Below are positions 26,904 through 36,492 of a stretch of DNA of 63,982 nucleotides, one piece after another (the first letter of the stretch is position 1; every line of letters starts with the position of its first letter). The notes beneath the pieces were generated by a model. It worked only from the letters and a program-made list of their open reading frames with translations. It was not told the origin of the DNA and ran no database searches. The position numbers and the translations under genes are program-made. The stretch is from a candidate division FCPU426 bacterium (lineage in GTDB: Bacteria > Oederibacteriota > PGYV01 > Palsa-1178). The stretch lies in assembly GCA_003167475.1 (NCBI GenBank), contig PMTB01000064.1, forward strand, positions 1 through 63,982. The letters run 5' to 3'.

Positions 26904-29453
26904 TTAAATTATTCCTTTATCGTCTTCCAGGTCGGGAAGAGGAGGAAGTTCATCAGGCAGCACGGAAACCGCCGGCTTTTTATTTTCATAGACGGCGGGC
27001 GCCGGTTTAAATGGGTCCGGTTTTTTCAGCAGATCCTCCGGCACCACGGTGTTTTTTCCGGGCATATCCGCTTTTTTGTCGTGTATCGACATATTGTCAA
27101 AAGAAAGCAGGTCGTTCACGGTGGGAAGGCTTTCTTCCTTTTTTGCAGATGTTGTCTCAGGGGCTGTATTCCTCTGTATTTTAAAACTTCCGCCGCTTAA
27201 AGGCGCTGAAGAAGCCTGCGCAACAGCCTGGGGCCTCGCTTCCGCCGCCTTAGGCTGCTCCACAGTGAGCCCGGAAGGGCCCTTTGGAACTGCCTGGGCG
27301 CCGATATCAGGCTTTACCGGCGCAGCGCCCGCCTTTGGCAGGGATATAATAAATGTCTTGCCTTTTCCTATTTCGGATTCTATCCATATGTCCCCGCCCA
27401 TATTGTTTATCATGGCTTTAAGTATGGGGAAACGCAGGCCGCTGTTGATGAATTCCGGGCCTGCCGCGGATTCCGGTCCGTGGAAATTGACGAAGAGTAT
27501 CCCGGTTTTTGACTGGGGCATGCTCATTCCGAAATCGCTTATCCTTATCAATAAATTTCCGCCGCTTTCCTTTGTCTCGACTATTACCTGGCCTCCGCGC
27601 GGTGAAACCTTTATCGCCTGGTTCAACAGCTGGCTGGTGACGGATGAAAGCCTCGCCGTATCCCCTTCGGCGCTGGTTATTGCCGGGCTGAAATTAACCT
27701 TAAGGTCCACTTTCTTAATATCGGCCTGGGGCTGTATGGCGAATATTACGTCCTGGACCACCGTATTTATTTCAATGGGGGCCTTTGTGAGTTTTATCTC
27801 GCCTTTTTCAAGCCTGGCAAGTTCGGTTAAGTCGTTGATGAGCCTCTCGAGCCTGGCAGATTTGTTTATGACCACTCCGAGGAACTGCTGCTGGGCGTCC
27901 GTGATCTTGCCTTCCCCGCCGAGCACGGAAGATATGTAGGTTTTGATGACGGACAGGACCCCTTTGAGTTCGGTGTTCATCATAAGCACCGAATCCATCC
28001 TCATGTTCTCTTTTTCAAGCGGCACTTTGCTCTCGGAGGCTTTTTTGACTTCCTGTTTTAATTTTTCCCCTTCTTTTTCAAGTATTGATATTTTCTGGTT
28101 TAAAAGCGTTTTTTCCATCTCGAGCTTTGTGTCCGCGTCTTTCTTTGCTTTTGCAACCTCATTTTTTGACTTCGCCAGCTCTTCGTCCACGGAAGCCTTG
28201 TTGTTTTCAGCTATCTTTATGGCGTCGCGCAGTTCGGATATCTCAGCGTCCGCTTTTGACGCTTCCTTTGAAAGTTCTTCCTCAAGCTCCTTTGACATCT
28301 GTGAAAGTTTTTCCGCTTTTTCCTCTGAAGCTTTGACCCTGCCTCGGAGTATAACAAGCGAATCCAGCAGCTTCCTGTATTCCCCTTTTTTTATCTTCGG
28401 CAGCATTTCCGTAAAACTTTCCTCATCTATGTGCGTTAAGGCCTTGACTATCCTTTTAAGCGGCGAGAAAGGCTCGCCGCTTATTGCCGCCGCGGCAACG
28501 ATGCCGAGTATAAGGGCAAGAAGCAGGATGGCATACGTCGGCACGCCGTAATCATTAGCCATAAAACCGGGTTCAAATTTCGCCGTCTTTTTCTGCATGA
28601 ACTTATAATCCGTGTAGGGTGTAAAAACGCATGCGATAAGCTCAAGCGCCTCTTCCTTTTTATATGCGATCAACCCTTTTAAATTATTGTATTCGGCTTC
28701 TTTAACCTGGCTTTCGCCTCCGGCGTCATTTATGATCACCTTTATATCGGAGTTTGAAAGTATGTTCTCGGTATTTTCCTTGGCCGGGTCCGTATTCAGC
28801 AGCATTGCCCCGGACATGTTCATTACAAAGTTCGTTCCGTGGATGGATTGTTTGTCCTTCCTTATCAGTGCTGCGGCTTCCTCAGACTGTTCACCCGCAT
28901 AAAGCACGGCTACAAGCCTGTCCTTTATATCGGATACCGGTATAAAATATTCAAAGCTGCCGGTGAATTTCGCGTCAACCATTGGCTGCTTTGAGGATAC
29001 TGCCTGCAGGAACCCGCTTTTAGCCTTATAGTTGCCGCCTTTTAACCCGGGTTTTGAAGCGGCTACAACGGTCCCGTTTGTCATTAACAAAACCAGGTCG
29101 GTATTATATGCTTTCGCCGATCTGATGAACTGGGATTCTATTTTTGCGAGGGAAGCCTTATTCGAGTAGCTTGAATTCCTGATGACGACATTCCCGGTTA
29201 TGTTCCCGTATTTTTTTTCTATCGATGAAGGGCTGAAACCCGTGATAATTTTATATACTTCGTCTATTTTCCCTGTCAGTTGTGCCTTTACAACGTCAAC
29301 TTCCTTCTGGTTTTCCGACCAGGTTATCTTTGACTGCATTGAATTCAGCTGGGTAACCCTTTTGTCGTCATAGATATAGAACAAAAGCGCGGGCACGCTG
29401 AAAACCAGCACGCAAATAAGAATGATTTTTGTCAATAAACTTTCTTTATTCAT
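26904..29453 (-). CDS. membrane sensor histidine-kinase-like protein lacking the phospho-acceptor His (pseudokinase candidate)
   Basis: TM - ~280-aa extracytoplasmic domain - TM - long coiled coil - HisKA-like - HATPase-like - Pro/Ala-rich tail. The H-box reads MNTELKGVLSVI (Thr494, codon 27972-27974) where SHELRTPL is expected. G1 and G2 boxes are degenerate (DFGMSM, NSGLRF). Confidence 0.7.
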   Translation of the reverse strand: MNKESLLTKIILICVLVFSVPALLFYIYDDKRVTQLNSMQSKITWSENQKEVDVVKAQLTGKIDEVYKIITGFSPSSIEKKYGNITGNVVIRNSSYSNKASLAKIESQFIRSAKAYNTDLVLLMTNGTVVAASKPGLKGGNYKAKSGFLQAVSSKQPMVDAKFTGSFEYFIPVSDIKDRLVAVLYAGEQSEEAAALIRKDKQSIHGTNFVMNMSGAMLLNTDPAKENTENILSNSDIKVIINDAGGESQVKEAEYNNLKGLIAYKKEEALELIACVFTPYTDYKFMQKKTAKFEPGFMANDYGVPTYAILLLALILGIVAAAAISGEPFSPLKRIVKALTHIDEESFTEMLPKIKKGEYRKLLDSLVILRGRVKASEEKAEKLSQMSKELEEELSKEASKADAEISELRDAIKIAENNKASVDEELAKSKNEVAKAKKDADTKLEMEKTLLNQKISILEKEGEKLKQEVKKASESKVPLEKENMRMDSVLMMNTELKGVLSVIKTYISSVLGGEGKITDAQQQFLGVVINKSARLERLINDLTELARLEKGEIKLTKAPIEINTVVQDVIFAIQPQADIKKVDLKVNFSPAITSAEGDTARLSSVTSQLLNQAIKVSPRGGQVIVETKESGGNLLIRISDFGMSMPQSKTGILFVNFHGPESAAGPEFINSGLRFPILKAMINNMGGDIWIESEIGKGKTFIISLPKAGAAPVKPDIGAQAVPKGPSGLTVEQPKAAEARPQAVAQASSAPLSGGSFKIQRNTAPETTSAKKEESLPTVNDLLSFDNMSIHDKKADMPGKNTVVPEDLLKKPDPFKPAPAVYENKKPAVSVLPDELPPLPDLEDDKGII

Positions 29454-29485
29454 ATAACTTGATCCTCCTGAAAGATGAACGGCTT

Positions 29486-31957
29486 TTACTTGCCTTCTTC
29501 CGTCTTCTCAGCCTCATCATCTTCTTCCATGACGCGGGCCACGGCGCCTACTGCTTCGCCGTCTTTTATTTTTATGAGGCGGACGCCCTGCGTGTTCCTG
29601 CCTATGGTCTTTATGTCCTTCACTTTGGTCCTGATAAGGGTACCTTTGGTGGTGATCAGGATAAGCTCGTCGGTGTCGTTGACCAGCTTTATATCCACGA
29701 CATTGCCTGTTTTCTCGGTCACTTTCACGTTGATGAGACCCTTGCCTCCGCGGCTCTGCTCGCGGTATTCCTTCACTTTTGTCCTTTTGCCGAAACCTTT
29801 TTCGGTGACCGTAAGCAGCGTCACGTCATCGCCTTTGTGCAGGACGGTCATGGAAACAACCCTGTCTTTCTTGTCGAGGTTGATGCCCCTGACGCCCATG
29901 CCGGTGCGGCCGATCTCGCGTATGTCTTTCGCGTCAAAACGTATGGCCTTACCCTCACGGGTGGCTATGAATACCTGATCATCAATCTTTGCCAACTTTG
30001 TCTCTATAAGTGAATCCTTTTCGCCAAGCCCGATCGCGATGATGCCGCCGGCCCTTGGATTTGCAAACAGCGACAAGCTGGTCCTTTTCACGGTGCCGTC
30101 GCCGGTGACCATGAGCAGGAACTGGTCCTCCTTGAACTCTTTGACAGCCACGTAAGAGGCTATCTTTTCGCCGTCCTCAATTTTCAGCATGCTGACTATG
30201 GCCTTGCCTTTGGCGGTCCTTGCCGCCTCGGGTATCTCGTAAACTTTCAGCCAGTGGCAGCGGCCCTTGGTGGTGAAGAACATCATGTAGTCTTTTGTAT
30301 TTGCCACAAATACGTCCTGAACGAAATCCTCGTCCTGGGTGGCGACAGCCATGATTCCGCGCCCGCCGCGTTTCTGCGCCTTATAGGCGCTTGACGGGGT
30401 GCGCTTGATGAAACCTTTGTGCGTCATTGTTACTATCATATCCTCGTCCTGAATCATGTCTTCCACTGTTATCTCTTTTTCGCGAGCTATTATCTCGGTA
30501 CGCCTTTCATCCGAGTACTTGTCCCTTATTTCGGTGAGTTCCTTCACCATAAGAGCGAACATTTTCTTTTCGCTGGCAAGGAGCGCCTTTAATTCTTCAA
30601 TCAGCTTTTTCAGTTCCGCAAGTTCTTTTTCAAGCTTCTCGACTTCAAGCGCCGTCAGCTGCTGTAGCTTCATGTCAAGTATGGCCTGGGCCTGCACTGG
30701 AGAAAGTTTAAAAGCCGTGATAAGGGCTTCCCTTGCAGCGTCCACATTTTTTGAGGAACGGATTATTTTGATGACCCTGTCCAGGTATTTTAAGGCTATG
30801 AGCAGGCCTTCAAGTATATGCGCCCTTTTCTCCGCCTTTTTAAGCTCGAACTTGGCCCTTCTTATGATTATTTCTTTCCTGTATTCTATGAAATTCTCGA
30901 GTATTTCCAGCAGCGTCAAAGTCTTCGGCCTTCCCTTGACTATTGCCAGCATATTGACGCCGAATGATGTGCGAAGCACAGTGTGCTTGTATAACTGGTT
31001 TAATACAACCTCGGCATTGTCGTTCCTGGAAATCTCGATTACGGCCCTTACGCCGTCCTTGTCGGACTCGTCGCGCAGGTCCGATATGCCGTCTATTTTT
31101 TTATCCCTTACAAGCTCGGCTATGGTCTCGATAAGCTGGGCCTTATTGACCATATAGGGAAGTTCCGTTATGACTATCTGCTGTTTGCCTTTCTTTGTTT
31201 CCTCTATCTTCGCTTTTGCCTGCATAGTGACGGAGCCGCGCCCGGTCTCATAGGCTTTTTTGATCCCGTCCCTGCCGATGATGTAAGCCCCCGTCGGAAA
31301 ATCCGGGCCGGGTATTATCTTCAAAAGTTCGTCTACCTTTATATGCGATCCTTTATTGTTGATGACATAGATAACCGCGTCAATCACTTCTTTCAGATTA
31401 TGGGGCGGGATATTTGTGGCCATGCCCACGGCTATTCCTGTGGAACCGTTCACAAGTATATTTGGGAACCCGACCGGGAAGATGGAAGGCTCTTTGCTTG
31501 ATTCATCGTATGTCGGGACGAAATCAACGGTGTCTTTATCAAGGTCTTTTATCATCTCTTCCGTTAATTTCATCATCCTTGCTTCGGTGTAACGCATTGC
31601 GGCGGGCGGGTCTCCGTCAACGGACCCGAAGTTTCCCTGTCCGTCGATCAGCGGCATCCTGAAATTGAAAGTCTGCGCCATCCTTACCATGGCGTCATAT
31701 ATCGAGGAATCGCCGTGGGGATGGTAATTACCCATCACTTCTCCGACGATCTTCGCCGACTTCCTGTACGGCCTTCCATAATAAAGGCCCATATCATAAG
31801 TGGTGTATAGTATCCTTCTTTGTACCGGCTTTAATCCGTCCCTGACGTCGGGAAGGGCCCTTCCTATAATTACACTCATTGAATAATCGAGGTAGGATGT
31901 CTGCATCTCGTCTTCGAGCGTGGTTACCCTGATCTGTGAAGTTGATTTTTCCTGCAT
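29486..31957 (-). CDS. gyrA: DNA gyrase subunit A
   Basis: Active-site region AMRYTE, a QRDR-like [10 protein letters not shown], and C-terminal beta-pinwheel repeats. Confidence 0.95.
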   Translation of the reverse strand: MQEKSTSQIRVTTLEDEMQTSYLDYSMSVIIGRALPDVRDGLKPVQRRILYTTYDMGLYYGRPYRKSAKIVGEVMGNYHPHGDSSIYDAMVRMAQTFNFRMPLIDGQGNFGSVDGDPPAAMRYTEARMMKLTEEMIKDLDKDTVDFVPTYDESSKEPSIFPVGFPNILVNGSTGIAVGMATNIPPHNLKEVIDAVIYVINNKGSHIKVDELLKIIPGPDFPTGAYIIGRDGIKKAYETGRGSVTMQAKAKIEETKKGKQQIVITELPYMVNKAQLIETIAELVRDKKIDGISDLRDESDKDGVRAVIEISRNDNAEVVLNQLYKHTVLRTSFGVNMLAIVKGRPKTLTLLEILENFIEYRKEIIIRRAKFELKKAEKRAHILEGLLIALKYLDRVIKIIRSSKNVDAAREALITAFKLSPVQAQAILDMKLQQLTALEVEKLEKELAELKKLIEELKALLASEKKMFALMVKELTEIRDKYSDERRTEIIAREKEITVEDMIQDEDMIVTMTHKGFIKRTPSSAYKAQKRGGRGIMAVATQDEDFVQDVFVANTKDYMMFFTTKGRCHWLKVYEIPEAARTAKGKAIVSMLKIEDGEKIASYVAVKEFKEDQFLLMVTGDGTVKRTSLSLFANPRAGGIIAIGLGEKDSLIETKLAKIDDQVFIATREGKAIRFDAKDIREIGRTGMGVRGINLDKKDRVVSMTVLHKGDDVTLLTVTEKGFGKRTKVKEYREQSRGGKGLINVKVTEKTGNVVDIKLVNDTDELILITTKGTLIRTKVKDIKTIGRNTQGVRLIKIKDGEAVGAVARVMEEDDEAEKTEEGK

Positions 31958-31976
31958 ATTTTGTTCTTATCTCCTC

Positions 31977-33083
31977 TTATTTTCTTATCGGCATCACTAT
32001 GTAAAGGAAATCGTCGTTGCCCTTTCCCTTTATAATGCCGGGGTTCATGGTGCTGATCAGCTTTATCTCTATGGTATCGGATTCTATCACTTTTAAAACG
32101 TCCATGATGTAGGCGGCATTGTAGGATACTTCTATGGGCTCGCCGTCATACTTGATATCTATTTCCTCGAAAGCCTCGCCCTCATCCTGCGCCTGGGCCA
32201 CTATCACAAGCTTGTTCTTTTCAAGTTTGATAATGACGATCTTTGATTTGTCGCTTGTGATGGTCGCGGCCCTCCTGATTGCGGCGGCGAACTCTTCCTT
32301 GTTCACAAAAGCCTCCATGTGGAACTCTTTTGGGATGACCTGGTTGTAGTTGGGGTAATTCTCGTCTATGATCCTCGATACTATTTCCATGTTTTCAAGC
32401 TGGAACTCTATGACCTTGTCGTAAAAATTTATCGTTATTTCCTTTGATTCGTCGTCGGAAAGCACCTTGACTATTTCATTTATTGTTTTTAACGGGATGA
32501 TGTAATCGAACTTTGATTTCACGCCCGTCTTGATATCCGCCCTGTAATAAGCCAGCCTGTGCGCGTCGGTCGCGACAGCTTCTATCTTGTTGCCTTCGAA
32601 TTTAAAAAACACCCCGTTTAAGTTCCTTTTTGTGGTGTCTTTAAGCGCCGCGTAATATATCTTTGATATTATTTCCTTCAGCAGCTTCTGCGGCATTTTG
32701 ATGGTCTCGAGTTTTTTCTCGTCAAGCTGCAGCACGGGAAAATCCTCCGCCGGAAGGCCGTTTATCTTGTAAGAGGCTTTTTTGCACTGCACTTTTGTGT
32801 TGTCGTTCTTGTCGGTCTCTATCCTTATGTCATCCTCGCTGAATTCCTTGATAAGCGCGATTATTTTTTTGGGGATGGTCGTCTTGCCGGGCTGTTCTAT
32901 CTTATCCACTTTGCATTTGATGCGGACGCTGATGTCCATGTCCGTGGCGGACAGAAAAAGGAAATCATTATCCGCTTCAAAAAGTATGTTCGATAAAAGC
33001 GGAAGTGTGGAGCCTGTGGAGATAAAATACTGGGCGGTCTGCAGAGAATCAAGGATCTCGGCTTTTTTGGTCTTTAATTTCAT
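31977..33083 (-). CDS. dnaN: DNA polymerase III beta sliding clamp
   Basis: 368 aa with three-domain clamp pattern, directly downstream of dnaA. Confidence 0.93.
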   Translation of the reverse strand: MKLKTKKAEILDSLQTAQYFISTGSTLPLLSNILFEADNDFLFLSATDMDISVRIKCKVDKIEQPGKTTIPKKIIALIKEFSEDDIRIETDKNDNTKVQCKKASYKINGLPAEDFPVLQLDEKKLETIKMPQKLLKEIISKIYYAALKDTTKRNLNGVFFKFEGNKIEAVATDAHRLAYYRADIKTGVKSKFDYIIPLKTINEIVKVLSDDESKEITINFYDKVIEFQLENMEIVSRIIDENYPNYNQVIPKEFHMEAFVNKEEFAAAIRRAATITSDKSKIVIIKLEKNKLVIVAQAQDEGEAFEEIDIKYDGEPIEVSYNAAYIMDVLKVIESDTIEIKLISTMNPGIIKGKGNDDFLYIVMPIRK

Positions 33084-33123
33084 TTAAATCCTCCTTTAAA
33101 ATGTTTTACAAATAAATCCAAGT

Positions 33124-33242
33124 AATTCTTTATCGCGTCCGATACAGATCAAATTTTTCTATGGCCTGTGCGCCACTAAAACCCTTATAATACAAGCGCA
33201 CAATCCATAGAAAAATTTGACCTGTATCGGACGCGACTTATC
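33124..33242 (-). repeat. structured ~119-nt inverted-repeat element, copy B (family shared with 22214..22330)
   Basis: See copy A. Arms CGCGTCCGATACAGATCAAATTTTTCTATGGCCTGTGCGC and its near-perfect complement. Lies in the dnaA-dnaN spacer. Confidence 0.75.
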
Positions 33243-33310
33243 ATTAAAATGCTTTTCCGAATGTATCAATTAATGCTGATAATACTTTATTTTAATACAT
33301 TACAACCTAT

Positions 33311-33319
33311 TTATCCACA
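33311..33319 (+). promoter_or_regulatory. perfect DnaA box TTATCCACA in the dnaA-dnaN spacer
   Basis: Exact 9-mer next to an AT-rich tract. A TTATCCGGG variant lies about 20 nt downstream. Confidence 0.6.
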
Positions 33320-33348
33320 ACAAATTTAAACCCGCTTATCCGGGCCGT

Positions 33349-34692
33349 TTACTTTTTTATCCTGGCTATAAGTTCGTCAAGAGTTGCCTTGAACTTGTCG
33401 TCCGATTTTATCAGCTGGTCGACTTTCTTTATCGCGTGCATCACGGTGGTGTGGTCCTTGCCGCCGAAATACTGCCCTATCTGCACCAGCGAATAATCCG
33501 TTAGGTTCCTGGTGATGTGCATGGCTATCTGCCTCGCGTTGGCGATATTTTCCGGCCTTTTCCTGGATGAAAGGTCCTGCACTTTTATGCCGTAATATTC
33601 CGCCACAACCTGCTGTATGAGGTCTATACCTATCTTTTTATTCGATTCAAAGGATGGGTTTGTAAGCTTTAGGGCCTGCTTTGCGAGGTCGAGATTTATC
33701 TCGAAACCGGGCTGGTTTGAAAGCGCCACCATGGTTGAGAACGTGCTTCCCAGGGACCTTATATTGGTGTCCACATTTTCGGCAATGAAAGCAAGCACAA
33801 CGTCCGGAATAACCTTATTCATCTCTTTTGCCTTGAGCCTGAGTATGGCCACCCTTGTCTCAAAATTCGGCGACTGTATATCCGCGATTATTCCCGCGGC
33901 GAAGCGCGACTTGAGCCTGTCCTCGAGCTTTAATTCCTGCGGCGGCGAGTCTGACGTGGCGACTATCTGCTTGTTTAAGTTAGACAGCTCGTTAAAAGTG
34001 TGGAAAAATTCCTCCCTTGCCTGCTCGCCCTTCTGAAGGAACTCTATATCATCCACGAGCAGCAGGTCAACGCTCCTGTACTTTTCCTTGAACTCGTCCA
34101 TTTTCTTGCTTCCTATGTGTGAAACGACCTCAATGATGAATTTCTCGGCCGTGGTGATTAGTATCTTGGCCTGCGGATTTTTCTCATAAACATAATTGCC
34201 TATGGCGTGCAGCAGATGGGTCTTGCCGAGTCCGACTCCGCCGTAAATGAAGAGCGGGTTATAAGTCTGCCCCGGGGCCTCCGCAACCGCTTTGCTGGCC
34301 GCGTGGGCGAACCTGTTTGAGTCGCCAACTATGAAATTATCGAACTTGAACTTGGTGTTAAGGTAAGGTATGTGCCCCGACGGATTATCAAGCGGAAGGG
34401 GTATCTGCACGTCTTTTATGGTTATCTTTGGGGATACCTCGCCTTTTTGGGCGCCGGTCTTTTTTATCTCTATGCTTATGGACACGGAATCATTGAGAAT
34501 GGGTTTAACAAGATTAAGCAGATCGCTCAGGTATTTTTCATTAAGGTTCTTTTTATGCAGCTGGCTGGGTACTTCTATGACAAGCTTGTTTGCTGCTTCA
34601 TCATATGCCGCTGTTGATTTTTCCAGCCACATATGCAAAGAAACTGATTCTGTTTTAACTTTGTCAACAATTTCATTCCAATCAAAAGCCAT
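33349..34692 (-). CDS. dnaA: chromosomal replication initiator DnaA
   Basis: AAA+ Walker A GGVGLGKTHLL, Walker B LLVDDIEF, and a domain IV DnaA signature (IAMHITRNLT..SLVQIGQYFGGKDHTTVMHA). Confidence 0.96.
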   Translation of the reverse strand: MAFDWNEIVDKVKTESVSLHMWLEKSTAAYDEAANKLVIEVPSQLHKKNLNEKYLSDLLNLVKPILNDSVSISIEIKKTGAQKGEVSPKITIKDVQIPLPLDNPSGHIPYLNTKFKFDNFIVGDSNRFAHAASKAVAEAPGQTYNPLFIYGGVGLGKTHLLHAIGNYVYEKNPQAKILITTAEKFIIEVVSHIGSKKMDEFKEKYRSVDLLLVDDIEFLQKGEQAREEFFHTFNELSNLNKQIVATSDSPPQELKLEDRLKSRFAAGIIADIQSPNFETRVAILRLKAKEMNKVIPDVVLAFIAENVDTNIRSLGSTFSTMVALSNQPGFEINLDLAKQALKLTNPSFESNKKIGIDLIQQVVAEYYGIKVQDLSSRKRPENIANARQIAMHITRNLTDYSLVQIGQYFGGKDHTTVMHAIKKVDQLIKSDDKFKATLDELIARIKK

Positions 34693-34725
34693 TTAATCAT
34701 TACCTTTCCATAATTTTTTAAAAAG

Positions 34726-34734
34726 ATATCCACA
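34726..34734 (+). promoter_or_regulatory. near-consensus DnaA box (ATATCCACA) upstream of dnaA
   Basis: One mismatch to TTATCCACA. Confidence 0.45.
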
Positions 34735-34802
34735 TTATGAACAAAAGCCTTTGTACACTTTTTAACATTAAAAAACTTCATATATTAAAGGCGTTTAAAG
34801 AC

Positions 34803-34811
34803 TTTTCCACA
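34803..34811 (+). promoter_or_regulatory. near-consensus DnaA box (TTTTCCACA) upstream of dnaA
   Basis: One mismatch to TTATCCACA, in a very AT-rich 250-bp spacer. Confidence 0.45.
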
Positions 34812-34925
34812 TTTTGTATTAATAATTGTTAACAACTTAATAACATCCTATTTTGGCCGTTAAAAACAGATAAAATAACAAGTAATTATAACATAATGAA
34901 GAATTAATTCAATAATAAAATTAAA

Positions 34926-34964
34926 ATAAAAAAAACCCGGAATGCCTTTTGAGGGCATTCCGGG
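34926..34964 (-). terminator. intrinsic terminator of the porin gene
   Basis: 11-bp GC-rich stem (CCCGGAATGCC / GGCATTCCGGG), 7-nt loop, followed on the minus strand by a T8 run. Confidence 0.8.
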
Positions 34965-34992
34965 CCGTTATGCTGCAATTACCTGCTTTAAA

Positions 34993-36255
34993 TTACCAGC
35001 CGTAAACCAGTGCTATGTTGAAAGCCACGTTGTTGTTCGCGCCAGATATGAAATTGGGGCCTACAAGAAGCATCGCAGGATTGATATCCCACTGTACTTT
35101 CAGGTCGCCTATTGTTGCTGTGGCGCCCAATGCAGTTGCCACGCCGTTATCCGTGCGCAGAGCTGAAGTATTGCTTTCATTGGTTTTTGTCTTGCCATCA
35201 GCCGCGCTGACGGTCTTTGTGTTGGTCGCTGCGTACCTGAGTATGGCCTTGTTTATACCGGCATTAAACGACCATGTGTCGTTGAGTTTGCCCTCAATCG
35301 CAACATACAGCGGAAGCACAAGCACTCCGTCCGAGTTTGCGCCTGTTCCGTACGTCTTTACCGCGGTAAGAACGTTGTTATTGGTGATAACAGGGTCCGA
35401 GTCAGTGTTAAACAGGAGGCCCGAGCCGAATGTCAGGGCCAGTGTTTTTGTTGCATGCAGTTTGTATCCGGCGAGAAACTGCGCGATAAATTCCATATCA
35501 GTAGCCTTGTTATCCGTATTTACAGTGACAACTCCGAGACCGAGCGGTGAAGTCCATGTCTTTACTTCATCGGATGCCGAAGCATATTTAAGCCCGAGGT
35601 CGAATATCCAGTTGCCCATCTTTGTATCGGCGTTCAATCCGATTTCCATGGCGCTCATGCTTTCTGAATTGTTATTTGTCAGGTTGTCGGCGGCATTATA
35701 AGTCTTTGTGGAGTTGGCGTAAGTCGGCATTGCGAATGACAATGCCACGTCAATAGGCATGCTTGCCTTTAATGATGTACCGAGTTCGAGTTTAAATGTC
35801 CCCTGTCCGTTTGCCGCATCATTTTTATTCGTTACTGACGCCACCAGTTTGTTGGTCGTGTCCGTCCCGTACTGCCCAAAAAGTAAACTGCCGCCGACAT
35901 TCATTCCGCCCATGTCAGTCGCGTAAAAAAGTCCTGTTATGTTGCCAACGCCGGTCTGTGTGCTGCCGGTTGCCGGAGCATTTACATTCGCGATACCAGG
36001 GTTGGGGCCCACTGCCAATCCGATCGTTCCCAGGCTTGTACCGAGGTATGTGTATGCCCATGAGTTTGGACCGTTGGATTCGACGACGGCCGTGTTCTTG
36101 AAATCAGAGATCAACTGCGGATATATCTGCGTTATCTGGTCCGTTCCCGAGAGCTGTACCGGGATGCCGGCCATGCTCAATATTTCAGTGTAGGAAGCGA
36201 ATGCCGGGATGGACAAAAGAGTCAAAATTGCCGCGATTGCTAAAATCTTTTTCAT
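34993..36255 (-). CDS. outer-membrane beta-barrel porin-like protein
   Basis: Signal peptide (AFA/SY), G/T/N/A-rich alternating strands, and a C-terminal aromatic signature (ALVYGW). Confidence 0.7.
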   Translation of the reverse strand: MKKILAIAAILTLLSIPAFASYTEILSMAGIPVQLSGTDQITQIYPQLISDFKNTAVVESNGPNSWAYTYLGTSLGTIGLAVGPNPGIANVNAPATGSTQTGVGNITGLFYATDMGGMNVGGSLLFGQYGTDTTNKLVASVTNKNDAANGQGTFKLELGTSLKASMPIDVALSFAMPTYANSTKTYNAADNLTNNNSESMSAMEIGLNADTKMGNWIFDLGLKYASASDEVKTWTSPLGLGVVTVNTDNKATDMEFIAQFLAGYKLHATKTLALTFGSGLLFNTDSDPVITNNNVLTAVKTYGTGANSDGVLVLPLYVAIEGKLNDTWSFNAGINKAILRYAATNTKTVSAADGKTKTNESNTSALRTDNGVATALGATATIGDLKVQWDINPAMLLVGPNFISGANNNVAFNIALVYGW

Positions 36256-36421
36256 GCGTAGTACCCTCCAAAGTTTTTTTTAAATAGAAAAAGTACGCAC
36301 CGGGATTGGTTCCCATTTGTGATGATGCTTAAATCCCACCCCCTCTTCTTGTTATTTATATAACAAAATCTACGGGTTGAAATATTAGCAAATAGATTAA
36401 ACCTTATATTTTAGTAAAATT

Positions 36422-36450
36422 ATTATAACAAACCATCCCATTATTGTCAA
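36422..36450 (-). promoter_or_regulatory. consensus sigma70 promoter (TTGACA-17-TATAAT) of the porin gene
   Basis: The minus strand reads TTGACA (36450-36445), a 17-nt spacer, then TATAAT (36427-36422). This implies a 5' UTR of ~160 nt. Confidence 0.7.
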
Positions 36451-36492
36451 GAATTCATCAGAATTTTATGACCAATAACCCGGCAAAAAATG

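Noticed and set aside
27049-28551. Two long plus-strand ORFs (296 and 202 aa) opposite the histidine-kinase-like gene.
   Set aside because: They are shadow frames of a coiled-coil-rich gene. The translations are Ser/Phe-rich with no RBS or motif.
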